From the NCBI GenBank assembly GCA_004524535.1, contig SDNY01000030.1, positions 1-33,534 of the forward strand: a stretch of 33,534 nt of DNA, read 5' to 3'. The position numbers and the translations under genes were made by a program. Below the pieces are notes generated by a model. The model did no database searches. It worked only from the letters and a program-made list of their open reading frames with translations, and was not told the origin of the DNA. Origin of the DNA: Promethearchaeota archaeon. Lineage in GTDB: Archaea; Asgardarchaeota; Lokiarchaeia; Sigyniarchaeales; SOKP01. This document shows positions 19,300-27,521 of the stretch, piece after piece; within the stretch, counting starts at the first letter, position 1; each line of letters starts with the position of its first letter.

Positions 19300-19521
19300 C
19301 TCAATTAAATCGTTTTCCTTAAGACGATGTATAAATCAATAATTAATTGTGCACTTTATAAACCGTGGGGGCTTATGAATTTCTTAAAATGTTTTATTGT
19401 AACCTTCAAATGCTTCTAGAATAGATAAATTGAAATAGAATTAGGAATAATGAAAAATCAATATAAGCAGATGAAAGATCTGCTAATGCATTTTTTAATG
19501 GAAGAGTTTATACATACAAAA

Positions 19522-20520
19522 TTATTCTTGTCTTAACGTTTTTTGAATAAACTTGCCGACATTTTCAATTGCTTGTCGACTATCAGCTAGAGAATCACCA
19601 AAACTCTGGAATACGTGAGTCATTCCCTTCCATACTTCTAATTTTACCTTAACACCAGACGCTTTAGCATACTCCGCGAGTCTAACTGAATCATCCAATA
19701 GCACTTCAATGTTCCCTGCTTGAATCAGCATCGGAGGGAGCCCTTTCAAATCTGCATAAAGAGGAGAGGCTAATGGATTTTTTGGTTCTTTTCCCCGTAA
19801 ATACGCCATCGCGCATCCTCTAAGCATCCCCTTCGTTATATTTGGTTCAAATTTAGCATTTGTTTTTAAAGAATCTCCAGTTAGCGCTAAATCAACCCAT
19901 GGTGAAAGGAGAACTGCTGCTGCGGGCAGAGGAACTCCTAATTCTCGTAATTTCAAGAGCGTAGCAATGGCTAAACCTCCTCCCGCTGAGGCCCCCGAGA
20001 ACACGACGTTTTCCGGCGTAATTCCAGTAGAAAGTAGCCAACGATAAGCCTTAATGGAATCGTCCAATGCCGCTGGAAAAGGATGTTCAGGAGCGAGACG
20101 ATATCCGATATTTAAGCAGCGTAACTTTGACTCGCGCCCTAAAAGAAAAGGATTCCTTCTTCTGGTTTCAAGAGTTCCCATAACATACCCACCCCCAAAT
20201 AAATGAAAAAGTATTTGGTCAGTTACGACATTAGGATTAGTAATCCATTCTGCTGCTACTCCATCAGCATTAGTTAATTCGCATTTCACCTCATCGGGAA
20301 GGGGGCCATACATATTTAAAGCAATATATTTAGTTTGATAACGTGAAAGTTCTATTATTAGCTTAAAATCGTTATTTTTCAGAGCTTCACTCACAGATAT
20401 CCCTTCACGACTTTTTTTCTCTGTAAACTCCTCTAATGCTTTCTCGTTCATTGAGTTTTTTATTGCTATTAACTTCGCCAAATCGGGAGGAATTTCCATT
20501 TGTTCTTCTTTTTCTAACAT
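19522..20520 (-). CDS. Hormone-sensitive-lipase family esterase
   Basis: FGGGY, YRLAPEHPFPAA, GASAGG, EVLLDD, GMTHVF. Confidence 0.92.
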   Translation of the reverse strand: MLEKEEQMEIPPDLAKLIAIKNSMNEKALEEFTEKKSREGISVSEALKNNDFKLIIELSRYQTKYIALNMYGPLPDEVKCELTNADGVAAEWITNPNVVTDQILFHLFGGGYVMGTLETRRRNPFLLGRESKLRCLNIGYRLAPEHPFPAALDDSIKAYRWLLSTGITPENVVFSGASAGGGLAIATLLKLRELGVPLPAAAVLLSPWVDLALTGDSLKTNAKFEPNITKGMLRGCAMAYLRGKEPKNPLASPLYADLKGLPPMLIQAGNIEVLLDDSVRLAEYAKASGVKVKLEVWKGMTHVFQSFGDSLADSRQAIENVGKFIQKTLRQE

Positions 20521-20650
20521 TCTTTCTATTCACCTTGTTTATTTAACTTCTTCTAATATAATTTTCAACCTTACTATTATTTATAAAAATTTGGTAATTT
20601 CTATTAAAAAATAGCTTTTTACTTTCTGTTACATTTTACTTTATTACAAC

Positions 20651-21838
20651 ATGATACATGTATTATTAATTTTTTTTATCGTGTTAGGATTCATTTTAAT
20701 CCTCTCTAAGTATGAATTAGGAATTGTTTTAAGCGCCGGAGCGTTATTATTCGCAATCTTAGCGCAAATTAACATCATTGATTCTCTTTTAGCCGTATTG
20801 CTAAACCCATCAATTATCCTCCTAGCCATCGCAGTGACCATGATACCCATTTTAGGTGAGATTATGTCTGAATCAGGGTTAATGCTTGAACTCGTCCAGA
20901 AAATGAAAATTTCAAAAAAAGCTTCGTTAATGATGACTCCTGCATTTTTTGGCCTTTTACCCGTCGCAGGAGGGGCGCTTATGTCTGCTCCAATCTTGGA
21001 CCAAATCGACTCCAATTTGAACTCGGATCAGAAAGTCGCCATTAATGTGTGGTATCGGCATGTACTTATCTTTATTTATCCAATATCCTCCGCACTAATC
21101 GTAGCAAGCATAATTTCGGGCATTCCGCTATATCTCATATTCATGTCATTACTCATGCCTTTTATTGTTCTGATTCTTATAGGATATGTTATTCTTATTC
21201 GCAAAATTGAAAATGAGGACATAGAGTCAGAGCGTGATGTTAAACGAGTCATTCGAAACTTATTACCTCTGATAATTACTCCGATTATCGACTTTTTTGG
21301 AAGAACTTTTTTAGAATTTCCATATCCAGAAGTGTTTTTACTCGTTGGTCTTATTATTAGTACTGCGATAGCATTGAAAATAGGCAAAATGTCGATATCA
21401 AAATTAAAACCTATAGCAATTAAAATGCAACTATGGCGATTTCCTCTTTTAATCCTTGCCATGTTTTGGTTTTTAGAAGTATTCATTCGATCTGAAGTGC
21501 CAACCGAAGTTGGAAAATTAAATCTGCACTTTTTCCTGTTTATTTGCCTCGGTTTTTTTCTTGGCTTCGCTACAGGAAGAATACAATTACCACTCTCGAT
21601 TTTAATTCCTATATACCTGATTCAATACGGTTTAAAAATAATGTTCTTGTTAGATTTCGTTTTTCTCTACTCCGCAATTTTTTTAGGATATATCATTACA
21701 CCAATTCATCCGTGCGTTGCTTATAGCAAAGAATTCTTTAAAGTCGCTTACAAGGACATGTTTATCTCTCTCGCAAAGCCTACTTTTACATGTTTTGGAA
21801 TCCTTATAGCGATTTATACCGTTTTTTTAATACTATAA
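20651..21838 (+). CDS. DUF401-like polytopic membrane protein (putative transporter)
   Basis: About 11 TM segments, PAFFGLLPVAGGALMSAP, NVWYRH, TPIHPC. Confidence 0.8.
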   Translation: MIHVLLIFFIVLGFILILSKYELGIVLSAGALLFAILAQINIIDSLLAVLLNPSIILLAIAVTMIPILGEIMSESGLMLELVQKMKISKKASLMMTPAFFGLLPVAGGALMSAPILDQIDSNLNSDQKVAINVWYRHVLIFIYPISSALIVASIISGIPLYLIFMSLLMPFIVLILIGYVILIRKIENEDIESERDVKRVIRNLLPLIITPIIDFFGRTFLEFPYPEVFLLVGLIISTAIALKIGKMSISKLKPIAIKMQLWRFPLLILAMFWFLEVFIRSEVPTEVGKLNLHFFLFICLGFFLGFATGRIQLPLSILIPIYLIQYGLKIMFLLDFVFLYSAIFLGYIITPIHPCVAYSKEFFKVAYKDMFISLAKPTFTCFGILIAIYTVFLIL

Positions 21839-21891
21839 ATATTTTGATGAGTTTACATAATATATCTCCCACTACATAACATTTAATAATA

Positions 21892-21907
21892 ATGAATAAT
21901 TATTCAT
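21892..21907. promoter_or_regulatory. Perfect 16-bp palindrome ATGAATAATTATTCAT, candidate transcription-factor site
   Basis: Exact inverted repeat about 60 bp upstream of 21965. Confidence 0.55.
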
Positions 21908-21964
21908 AATCGACCCATATCAAAATATATATCATTTTTAAATTATAATTAAGGAGGTTGATTT

Positions 21965-22165
21965 ATGAGCGGAAGAGGTGGTGGAGGCGGTAGAGGAAGA
22001 AGAGGCGGTGGAGGCGGCAGAGGCATGGGAGGCGGACCATACGCAGCGGGACCTGGAGGAGATTGTGTATGTCCTAATTGTGGGAACAGAGTGTCCCATC
22101 AAGTTGGAGTTCCTTGCTATAATAGAAATTGTCCAAAATGCGGCACCAAAATGACTAGAGCTTAA
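21965..22165 (+). CDS. Small Gly/Arg-rich protein with CxCPxCG...C...CPxCG metal-binding motif
   Basis: Strong GGAGGT SD. GPGGxCVCPxCG..H..GxPC...CPKCG motif, of the kind seen in or near NifB/NifX-family loci. Confidence 0.85.
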   Translation: MSGRGGGGGRGRRGGGGGRGMGGGPYAAGPGGDCVCPNCGNRVSHQVGVPCYNRNCPKCGTKMTRA

Positions 22166-22475
22166 AAATTAAAATAATATTTATAAATTTAAAAATCCGG
22201 TAAATTTTTTCTTTAGTTAATTCTTCTGAAGGTCATTTATAGTTTTTTTTTTATTATTCATTTTTAATTAAAGTATTAATGTAATTTATACACTCATATA
22301 GCAAATATATTGAATTATCTTAGTAGGATTAATAAATAGAAAAAAGAGGTAATTTTAGAGAAACTATTTATTGTTATTTTTATATTATTATTTTGACTTA
22401 ATTAAGGAAATCAAAAGATCTTGGGAAAAAAAATTATGGCTCATAAAAATAATGTAAATAATACATTAACGCACC

Positions 22476-23030
22476 GTGGTGAACGAAATCAATCAAAATA
22501 ACGGAAAGGACTCCGCTGATGCGCAAGAATTTATACAAACATTAACAAACACTATTAAGACTCTGGAAAAAACAATTTCCGTCTTAAATAAGAAATTAAA
22601 AGATGCTGAAAACGAAATTAAAACGCTCAGAGAAGAAAATAGGAATCTGGAAACTAAAGGAGTTAATGCTAGTGAATTAATAAAAGATAATGAAATGTAT
22701 AAAATGAAAATTGCTGAATTAGAAAGAGAAATCAAAGAGTACAAGAGAAATCAAGAACCATATGAAGCTGAAAAAGCAAAATCAGAAAAGGTTACCTCAG
22801 TCACTAAAGCTTCTGATATTGTGCCAAAAAAACCGTCTGAAGTAATCAAGGAGCAAGTGTTAGGAGTCTCAGAAAGCACTATTGCAACCAGGAGAAAATG
22901 CCCTAATTGTGGTAATGCTAATCCTGCCTCAATCCATGAAAAAGTTGATAAAACGAGAATTATCATAGAATCCCCAAGAATGTATGGTAAGAAATATATA
23001 TGCGGCGAATGCGGGATCGAGTGGATATAA
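22476..23030 (+). CDS. Coiled-coil + C-terminal Zn-ribbon protein
   Basis: RRKCPNCGN...DKTRII...MYGKKYICGECGIEW, paralogous to the 2471..4087 C-terminus; GTG start uncertain. Confidence 0.82.
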   Translation: MVNEINQNNGKDSADAQEFIQTLTNTIKTLEKTISVLNKKLKDAENEIKTLREENRNLETKGVNASELIKDNEMYKMKIAELEREIKEYKRNQEPYEAEKAKSEKVTSVTKASDIVPKKPSEVIKEQVLGVSESTIATRRKCPNCGNANPASIHEKVDKTRIIIESPRMYGKKYICGECGIEWI

Positions 23031-23087
23031 ATAAGATAATCAATAAAAAGAATACCGATAAGTCTTTATTTAAGAAATATCTAATTT

Positions 23088-23093
23088 TTTATA
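23088..23093 (+). promoter_or_regulatory. TATA-like box of GTPase copy 1 (copy 2 at 23863-23868)
   Basis: TTTTTTATAAGTGTAAATTTTAA conserved at identical spacing from both ATGs. Confidence 0.5.
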
Positions 23094-23133
23094 AGTGTAA
23101 ATTTTAAAAATAATATTATACTGTGTAAAATAA

Positions 23134-23688
23134 ATGAGTCAACCTGGTTTAATCTTTAAAATAATTATTGGTGGTGATGGTGGTGTAGGTAAAACTACCA
23201 TGCTACACCGCTATGTTAATAATGAATTCATATTTGATTCGAAAATGACGATCGGTACGGATATTCTTAATAAAATGATCACATTAAAAGAGGGCCCAGT
23301 CTGCGCATTACAATTATGGGACTTTGGCGGACAAGAAAGGTTCAGATTCATTCTCGATAGCTTTGTAAAAGGGGCTGCGGGAGCATTTTTAATGTTTGAT
23401 TTAACAGTTTTTATTAGTTTTAATAATTTACCTAAATGGCTAGATCTTGTCCGTAATGAGGATCCCACACTCCCTATTCTTCTTATCGGATCTAAATATG
23501 ATTTAATAGATTCTATCACAGTTGATGATGATCTTGTTCGGGAGTTTGTCGAAGACAATAATATATGCGGATATTGTAAAGTCTCCTCGAAAACGGGATA
23601 TAACGTCAATATAGCATTTGAATCATTAATAAGCACTATCATAGATTATAGACACATAACCATAGTAGATCAATCCATGGAAGTTTGA
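23134..23688 (+). CDS. Rab-like small GTPase (Ras superfamily), copy 1
   Basis: G1 GDGGVGKT, G2 TIG, G3 WDFGGQERF, G4 SKYD, G5 SSK. Confidence 0.95.
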   Translation: MSQPGLIFKIIIGGDGGVGKTTMLHRYVNNEFIFDSKMTIGTDILNKMITLKEGPVCALQLWDFGGQERFRFILDSFVKGAAGAFLMFDLTVFISFNNLPKWLDLVRNEDPTLPILLIGSKYDLIDSITVDDDLVREFVEDNNICGYCKVSSKTGYNVNIAFESLISTIIDYRHITIVDQSMEV

Positions 23689-23752
23689 ACTACTCCTCCC
23701 TAAAAGAAAGTGTTTTCTTGAGCAATTATTTTAAAATCAAAGGTTAAAAATT

Positions 23753-23812
23753 TTATCCTTCAGAGAAGGCGTCTCGCAAGGAAATGCCCTTCTCTTACAT
23801 CTTCTTACTTAT
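23753..23812 (-). pseudogene. Degenerate copy of the last 60 bp of gene 24528..25232
   Basis: TCAGAGAAGGCGTCTC...GGAAATG..CTTCTCT.ACAT.TTCTTACTTAT matches 24528-24587. Confidence 0.85.
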
Positions 23813-23908
23813 ATAAAAATAATACGATTAGTTCATTGAAGTAAATATAAAATATTTAATTTTTTATAAGTGTAAATTTTAATAATTAAATTATACTGTT
23901 TAAATTCA

Positions 23909-24463
23909 ATGATTCAACCTAGTTTAATCTTTAAAATAATTATTGGTGGTGATGGTGGAGTAGGTAAAACTACTATGCTACACCGCTATGTTAATGGTAG
24001 ATTCTTATTTGATACGAAGATGACCATCGGTACGGATATTTTTCATAAAATACTCACATTAAAAGAGGGTCCCGTCTGCTCATTACAATTATGGGACTTT
24101 GGCGGACAAGAAAGGTTCAGATTCATCCTCGATAGTTTTTTAAAAGGCGCTGCGGGTGCATTTTTAATGTTTGATTTAACAAACTATATCAGTTTTCATA
24201 ATTTACCTAAATGGCTAAATATTGTCCGTAAAGATGATCCCACACTCCCTATTCTTCTTCTAGGATCTAAATATGATTTAGTAGATTCTATCACAGTTGA
24301 TGATGATCTTGTTTCTGAGTTTGTCGAAGACAATAATATAAGTGGATATTGTAAAGTCTCCTCGAAAACGGGCTATAACATCAATTTTGTATTTGAATCA
24401 TTAATAGGCACTATCATAGATTATAGACACATAACCATAGTAGATCAATCCATGGAAGTTTGA
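23909..24463 (+). CDS. Rab-like small GTPase, copy 2
   Basis: Same length (184 aa) and motifs as copy 1; identical C-terminus. Confidence 0.95.
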   Translation: MIQPSLIFKIIIGGDGGVGKTTMLHRYVNGRFLFDTKMTIGTDIFHKILTLKEGPVCSLQLWDFGGQERFRFILDSFLKGAAGAFLMFDLTNYISFHNLPKWLNIVRKDDPTLPILLLGSKYDLVDSITVDDDLVSEFVEDNNISGYCKVSSKTGYNINFVFESLIGTIIDYRHITIVDQSMEV

Positions 24464-24527
24464 CCTACTCCTCCCTAAAAGAAAGTGTTTTCTTGAGCAA
24501 TTATTTTAAAATCAAAGGTAAAAAATT

Positions 24528-25232
24528 TTACCTATCAGAGAAGGCGTCTCTCACGGAAATGGGCTTCTCTAACATATTCTTACTTATTTCTTTTGCTCGT
24601 CGCTCGATTACACTCTTTTTTTGGACCACATTTCTCTGATACTTTTTATATCGCCTAATTGCGATATTTTTCCATTTCTTTTTCCACGCGGGAAACCCGG
24701 TCTTGACAAACCTCTCGCGATTTGGAAAGTCTCGGCATACCCAATCAAACAAGACGAAATATCTTTGGATACCTGCCTCTTTGGTCAGATTCCTTGAAGA
24801 TACGCCCAGTTTTCTGAGATGCTGAATCAATTTACCTTCCACCGCATCCTGAAGTTTACCTTCTACAATTGCGGGTTCGTAATATATATCGTTCTCGTGA
24901 AAATATTCCCTCACCGGATCGAAACAATTACCCCTGCACAGAAGGATACGATCTCCTTTAGTATGATTAAATGCTCTAAGAGCATCGATAGTTATCTTTA
25001 CTATATGCTCTTTCACCTTATCATCGCTCTTATTTTCTTCATTATAGAGCCCTACGGGAATTGATCTGAAGATTATCCTCTTGCTCTCCGTGTCTCGAAA
25101 GCCGATAAAGGCATCTCCAACTAAATCCCCCGTCCCAGCATCGTCAATTTCTATTGTTCTTCCCTTCCACTCGCTGGGATTATTAGTGGATTGGCACGAC
25201 TCCCCGTCGTGATTCTCTTTTTCTGTCTTCAT
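24528..25232 (-). CDS. Uncharacterised protein with an RNase HII-like N-terminal acidic motif
   Basis: IEIDDAGTGDLVG resembles RNase HII G(I/V)DEAGRGP..G; basic C-terminal helix. Confidence 0.7.
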   Translation of the reverse strand: MKTEKENHDGESCQSTNNPSEWKGRTIEIDDAGTGDLVGDAFIGFRDTESKRIIFRSIPVGLYNEENKSDDKVKEHIVKITIDALRAFNHTKGDRILLCRGNCFDPVREYFHENDIYYEPAIVEGKLQDAVEGKLIQHLRKLGVSSRNLTKEAGIQRYFVLFDWVCRDFPNRERFVKTGFPAWKKKWKNIAIRRYKKYQRNVVQKKSVIERRAKEISKNMLEKPISVRDAFSDR

Positions 25233-25257
25233 TATATATTTAAACGTTTTCTCTCAT

Positions 25258-25306
25258 AAATAGATTATGATTTTACTCCATAATAAATTTTAATGAGATT
25301 TTCTAT
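25258..25306 (+). repeat. Junction repeat R1 (copies 25258-25306, 26154-26174, 27145-27184)
   Basis: 25267-25306 vs 27145-27184 match 38/40; 25258-25278 vs 26154-26174 match 20/21 (hand alignment). Confidence 0.85.
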
Positions 25307-25312
25307 TAAGAT

Positions 25313-25342
25313 TATTTAAATTTTTCAATCAAATGTTTAAAC
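25313..25342 (+). repeat. R2: copy of the promoter/start region of the LbH gene (27502-27531)
   Basis: TATTTAAATTT(T/A)TCA(A/C)TCAAATGTTTAAAC, 28/30. Confidence 0.8.
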
Positions 25343-25501
25343 GGCTTACTTTTTGGAATTGTATATTTCTTTTCAATAGAATAATATTATGGAGATATAT
25401 ATGTAAGAATTTTTATAATGGTTAAATTTAAATAATCAACTAATGTATTTTATCTCTAATACTTTATTTTAAAAAAAATAATTTATAAAAGGGAAAAAGA
25501 A

Positions 25502-25900
25502 ATGATTTTGCAAGCAGGAATGTCTACTTTAATGTTATGGACCTTCATCGTCGGAATTATCGTAAGCATTATTGTTTTTATTATTGGAGTTTTAATTACG
25601 AGATGGTGGGCTGGAAAAAAAGGTTGGAGCGAAGAATTAAAGACCGCACTAATATTAAACATATTCTGGCTAGTTATTAATATTGTGCTTGGATGGTTAT
25701 TGTGGGGTATTATTGCTCTGATAATAAATATAGTAGTCGGTGGATGGTTAGCAGCGAAACTCTATGAAAAGGAATTAAAAGATGGCATTATTTTCGTTAT
25801 AGTTGTATTAATAATACTATTTGTTATCTTTATAATTCTCGTTATAATTCTTTCAATAATTATAGTAGCCGCCGTAGTAGGAGCAGCATATGCAATGTGA
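25502..25900 (+). CDS. Hydrophobic membrane protein (about 4 TM)
   Basis: 132 aa, mostly I/V/L/F/W. Confidence 0.8.
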   Translation: MILQAGMSTLMLWTFIVGIIVSIIVFIIGVLITRWWAGKKGWSEELKTALILNIFWLVINIVLGWLLWGIIALIINIVVGGWLAAKLYEKELKDGIIFVIVVLIILFVIFIILVIILSIIIVAAVVGAAYAM

Positions 25901-25994
25901 TCCTCAATTCTAAGTAAAGAATTAAATTAATCTATTAAATTTCCTTTTTTTTTTTCTATATTTTTTTCTATAAATAACCTATACCTAACATACG

Positions 25995-26025
25995 ATTCAA
26001 GAGTAACTAAAGGTAAATAGGCGAT
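25995..26025 (-). repeat. R3: 31-bp fragment of the creatininase coding sequence (33456-33486)
   Basis: ATTCAAGAGT..CTAAAGGTAAATAGGC.AT, 28/31. Confidence 0.8.
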
Positions 26026-26048
26026 AACAAAAAATAGATTAAAGGTTC

Positions 26049-26162
26049 CTACCTTTTTTTAGTTTTAGCGCCTTCTTGATCATTTTTGCTTAGCTTAAGA
26101 AAACCATCAGATAATACACCCAACAAAATAGTTAGGGAAATAGCAATAGCAAGAAATAGATT
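26049..26162 (-). pseudogene. R4: start-less 3' fragment of membrane gene 28851..29267
   Basis: Translates NLFLAIAISLTILLGVLSDGFLKLSKNDQEGAKTKKR*; in-frame stop upstream, no ATG. Confidence 0.9.
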
Positions 26163-26274
26163 ATGATTTTTCTCAAGAGGTTAATTAAAAATAAAATCCT
26201 CAAAGTTTTCTACAAAATATAAAATTACAAATAGGCAATATTTTAATGATTAATCTTAAATAATAATGATCTAA

Positions 26275-26715
26275 CTATTTTAAATCATTAATGAACTTAA
26301 TCTTAACAATAAGAGATAATTTTTTAAATACTTTCTCAATTTCTACTTCTTTTTTCATATAGATTGGAATATCTAATAATTTTGCAGTTGCCAGACCATA
26401 ACAATCAGCAAGTGAAATAGCAAAATCACACTTTAAGTGAGCAGCTTCATCTCTCAAATCTTCTTCGGAGTAGATGGCAAAATCTTTTAAAAGTTCAGAT
26501 ACTATTTTGATTGCTTTTCCATATCCTTTACGTCGGCATAAAATATACTTCAGTTCAGTATCCACAATGGGCGCTATGTAAAACTTTTTAATTTCTTCAT
26601 TTGAAAGTACTTTTTGAAATACTTTTTTACCTAAAGGAGTATCCTCTAAATACTCTAATAAGACGGAGGTATCAACAACTATTGAATCATTTTGTGAATC
26701 TTTCTTCTCGATCAA
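26275..26715 (-). CDS. vapC: PIN-domain toxin (VapC-like)
   Basis: VVDTSV, TELKY, ISLADCY.LATA. Confidence 0.88.
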   Translation of the reverse strand: MIEKKDSQNDSIVVDTSVLLEYLEDTPLGKKVFQKVLSNEEIKKFYIAPIVDTELKYILCRRKGYGKAIKIVSELLKDFAIYSEEDLRDEAAHLKCDFAISLADCYGLATAKLLDIPIYMKKEVEIEKVFKKLSLIVKIKFINDLK

Positions 26716-26956
26716 GCTCGTTTCTCCTCATTTCTTTAAATATGGATGTTCCTTCTTTAGGTTTAAGGATTCCTTGAAATTGCTTTATATTATTAAGAAA
26801 ATTCTCTTTCTTTACTTCATATCCCTTTTCTTTAACTAAGAATTCAATGGCCTCATCATAGGTAACTCTTCGCCCCCATTTCTTCTCAAGTTTGTTTATA
26901 AGTTCAAATAATTTATTTTTGGTTCTTTCTGAAATCTGAATTGTAGTATTAGCCAT
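26687..26956 (-). CDS. vapB: Antitoxin with RHH-like N-terminus (VapB-like)
   Basis: TTIQIS.RTK.KL...TYDEAI..L; overlaps the PIN gene. Confidence 0.8.
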   Translation of the reverse strand: MANTTIQISERTKNKLFELINKLEKKWGRRVTYDEAIEFLVKEKGYEVKKENFLNNIKQFQGILKPKEGTSIFKEMRRNELDREERFTK

Positions 26957-26977
26957 AAATTACTCATCTGTTTTTAT

Positions 26978-27007
26978 TTATTATAGTGATTATAATCATT
27001 ATAATAA
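26978..27007. promoter_or_regulatory. 30-bp near-perfect palindrome, probable VapBC operator
   Basis: TTATTATAGTGATTATAATCATTATAATAA, one mismatched pair, 22-51 bp upstream of the antitoxin ATG. Confidence 0.65.
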
Positions 27008-27222
27008 TTATAGATTTTTGATATATTTATTTCTTTATTTTTTATGTCCTAAAAGTATTTTTATTTTATATTTAGGGCTTGGTTGTGTAAATTTAGCAAA
27101 TCTTATTTTTTACATTATAAAAAAATTAATCATGGTAATTTATAATGATTTTACTCAATACTAAATTTTAATGAGATTTTCTATAGATGAGCTAAAAGAA
27201 GGATTTGATAAAAACAACATTG

Positions 27223-27244
27223 AATCTCTAATTATTTAGAGATT
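27223..27244. terminator. Hairpin AATCTCTAA-TTAT-TTAGAGATT
   Basis: 9-bp stem just beyond the stop of 27251..27460; terminator role is inferred. Confidence 0.35.
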
Positions 27245-27250
27245 TTTGAA

Positions 27251-27460
27251 TTAGAACTTAAGAAACATAAGAATAAATATAAAAATTCCTAATCCTACTA
27301 ATAAAAGAAGAATTATTCGAAACATATTATCTGAGGGCGAACTTTTTTGACTTAAATTCAAGCGAACACAAGCAGAACATATCCCATTGAAATTATCAAA
27401 CTGGTGTTCCGAAATTACTTCTCCACAATTTTTACAATATTGCATTTTTTCTATTTTCAC
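27251..27460 (-). CDS. Small Zn-finger protein with C-terminal TM anchor
   Basis: CKNCG...CSAC plus a hydrophobic tail; ATG 27445 is an alternative start. Confidence 0.7.
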   Translation of the reverse strand: MKIEKMQYCKNCGEVISEHQFDNFNGICSACVRLNLSQKSSPSDNMFRIILLLLVGLGIFIFILMFLKF

Positions 27461-27521
27461 TCACTTTTTAATTGAATCAATTATCATATTAATTTAAGGA
27501 CTATTTAAATTTATCACTCAA

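Larger units (their letters stand above)
23043..24587 (+). repeat. Tandem duplication (~23043-23812 / ~23813-24587), period 775 bp
   Basis: Promoter, CDS and downstream DNA all align. Confidence 0.92.

Noticed and set aside
19466-19484. Hairpin AGCAGAT-GAAAG-ATCTGCT as a SECIS element or ncRNA
   Set aside because: Only a 7-bp stem, and I found no in-frame UGA selenoprotein candidate nearby.
22436-22501. Out-of-frame ATG ORF overlapping the start of 22476 (possible frameshift)
   Set aside because: Only 21 codons and no supporting homology.
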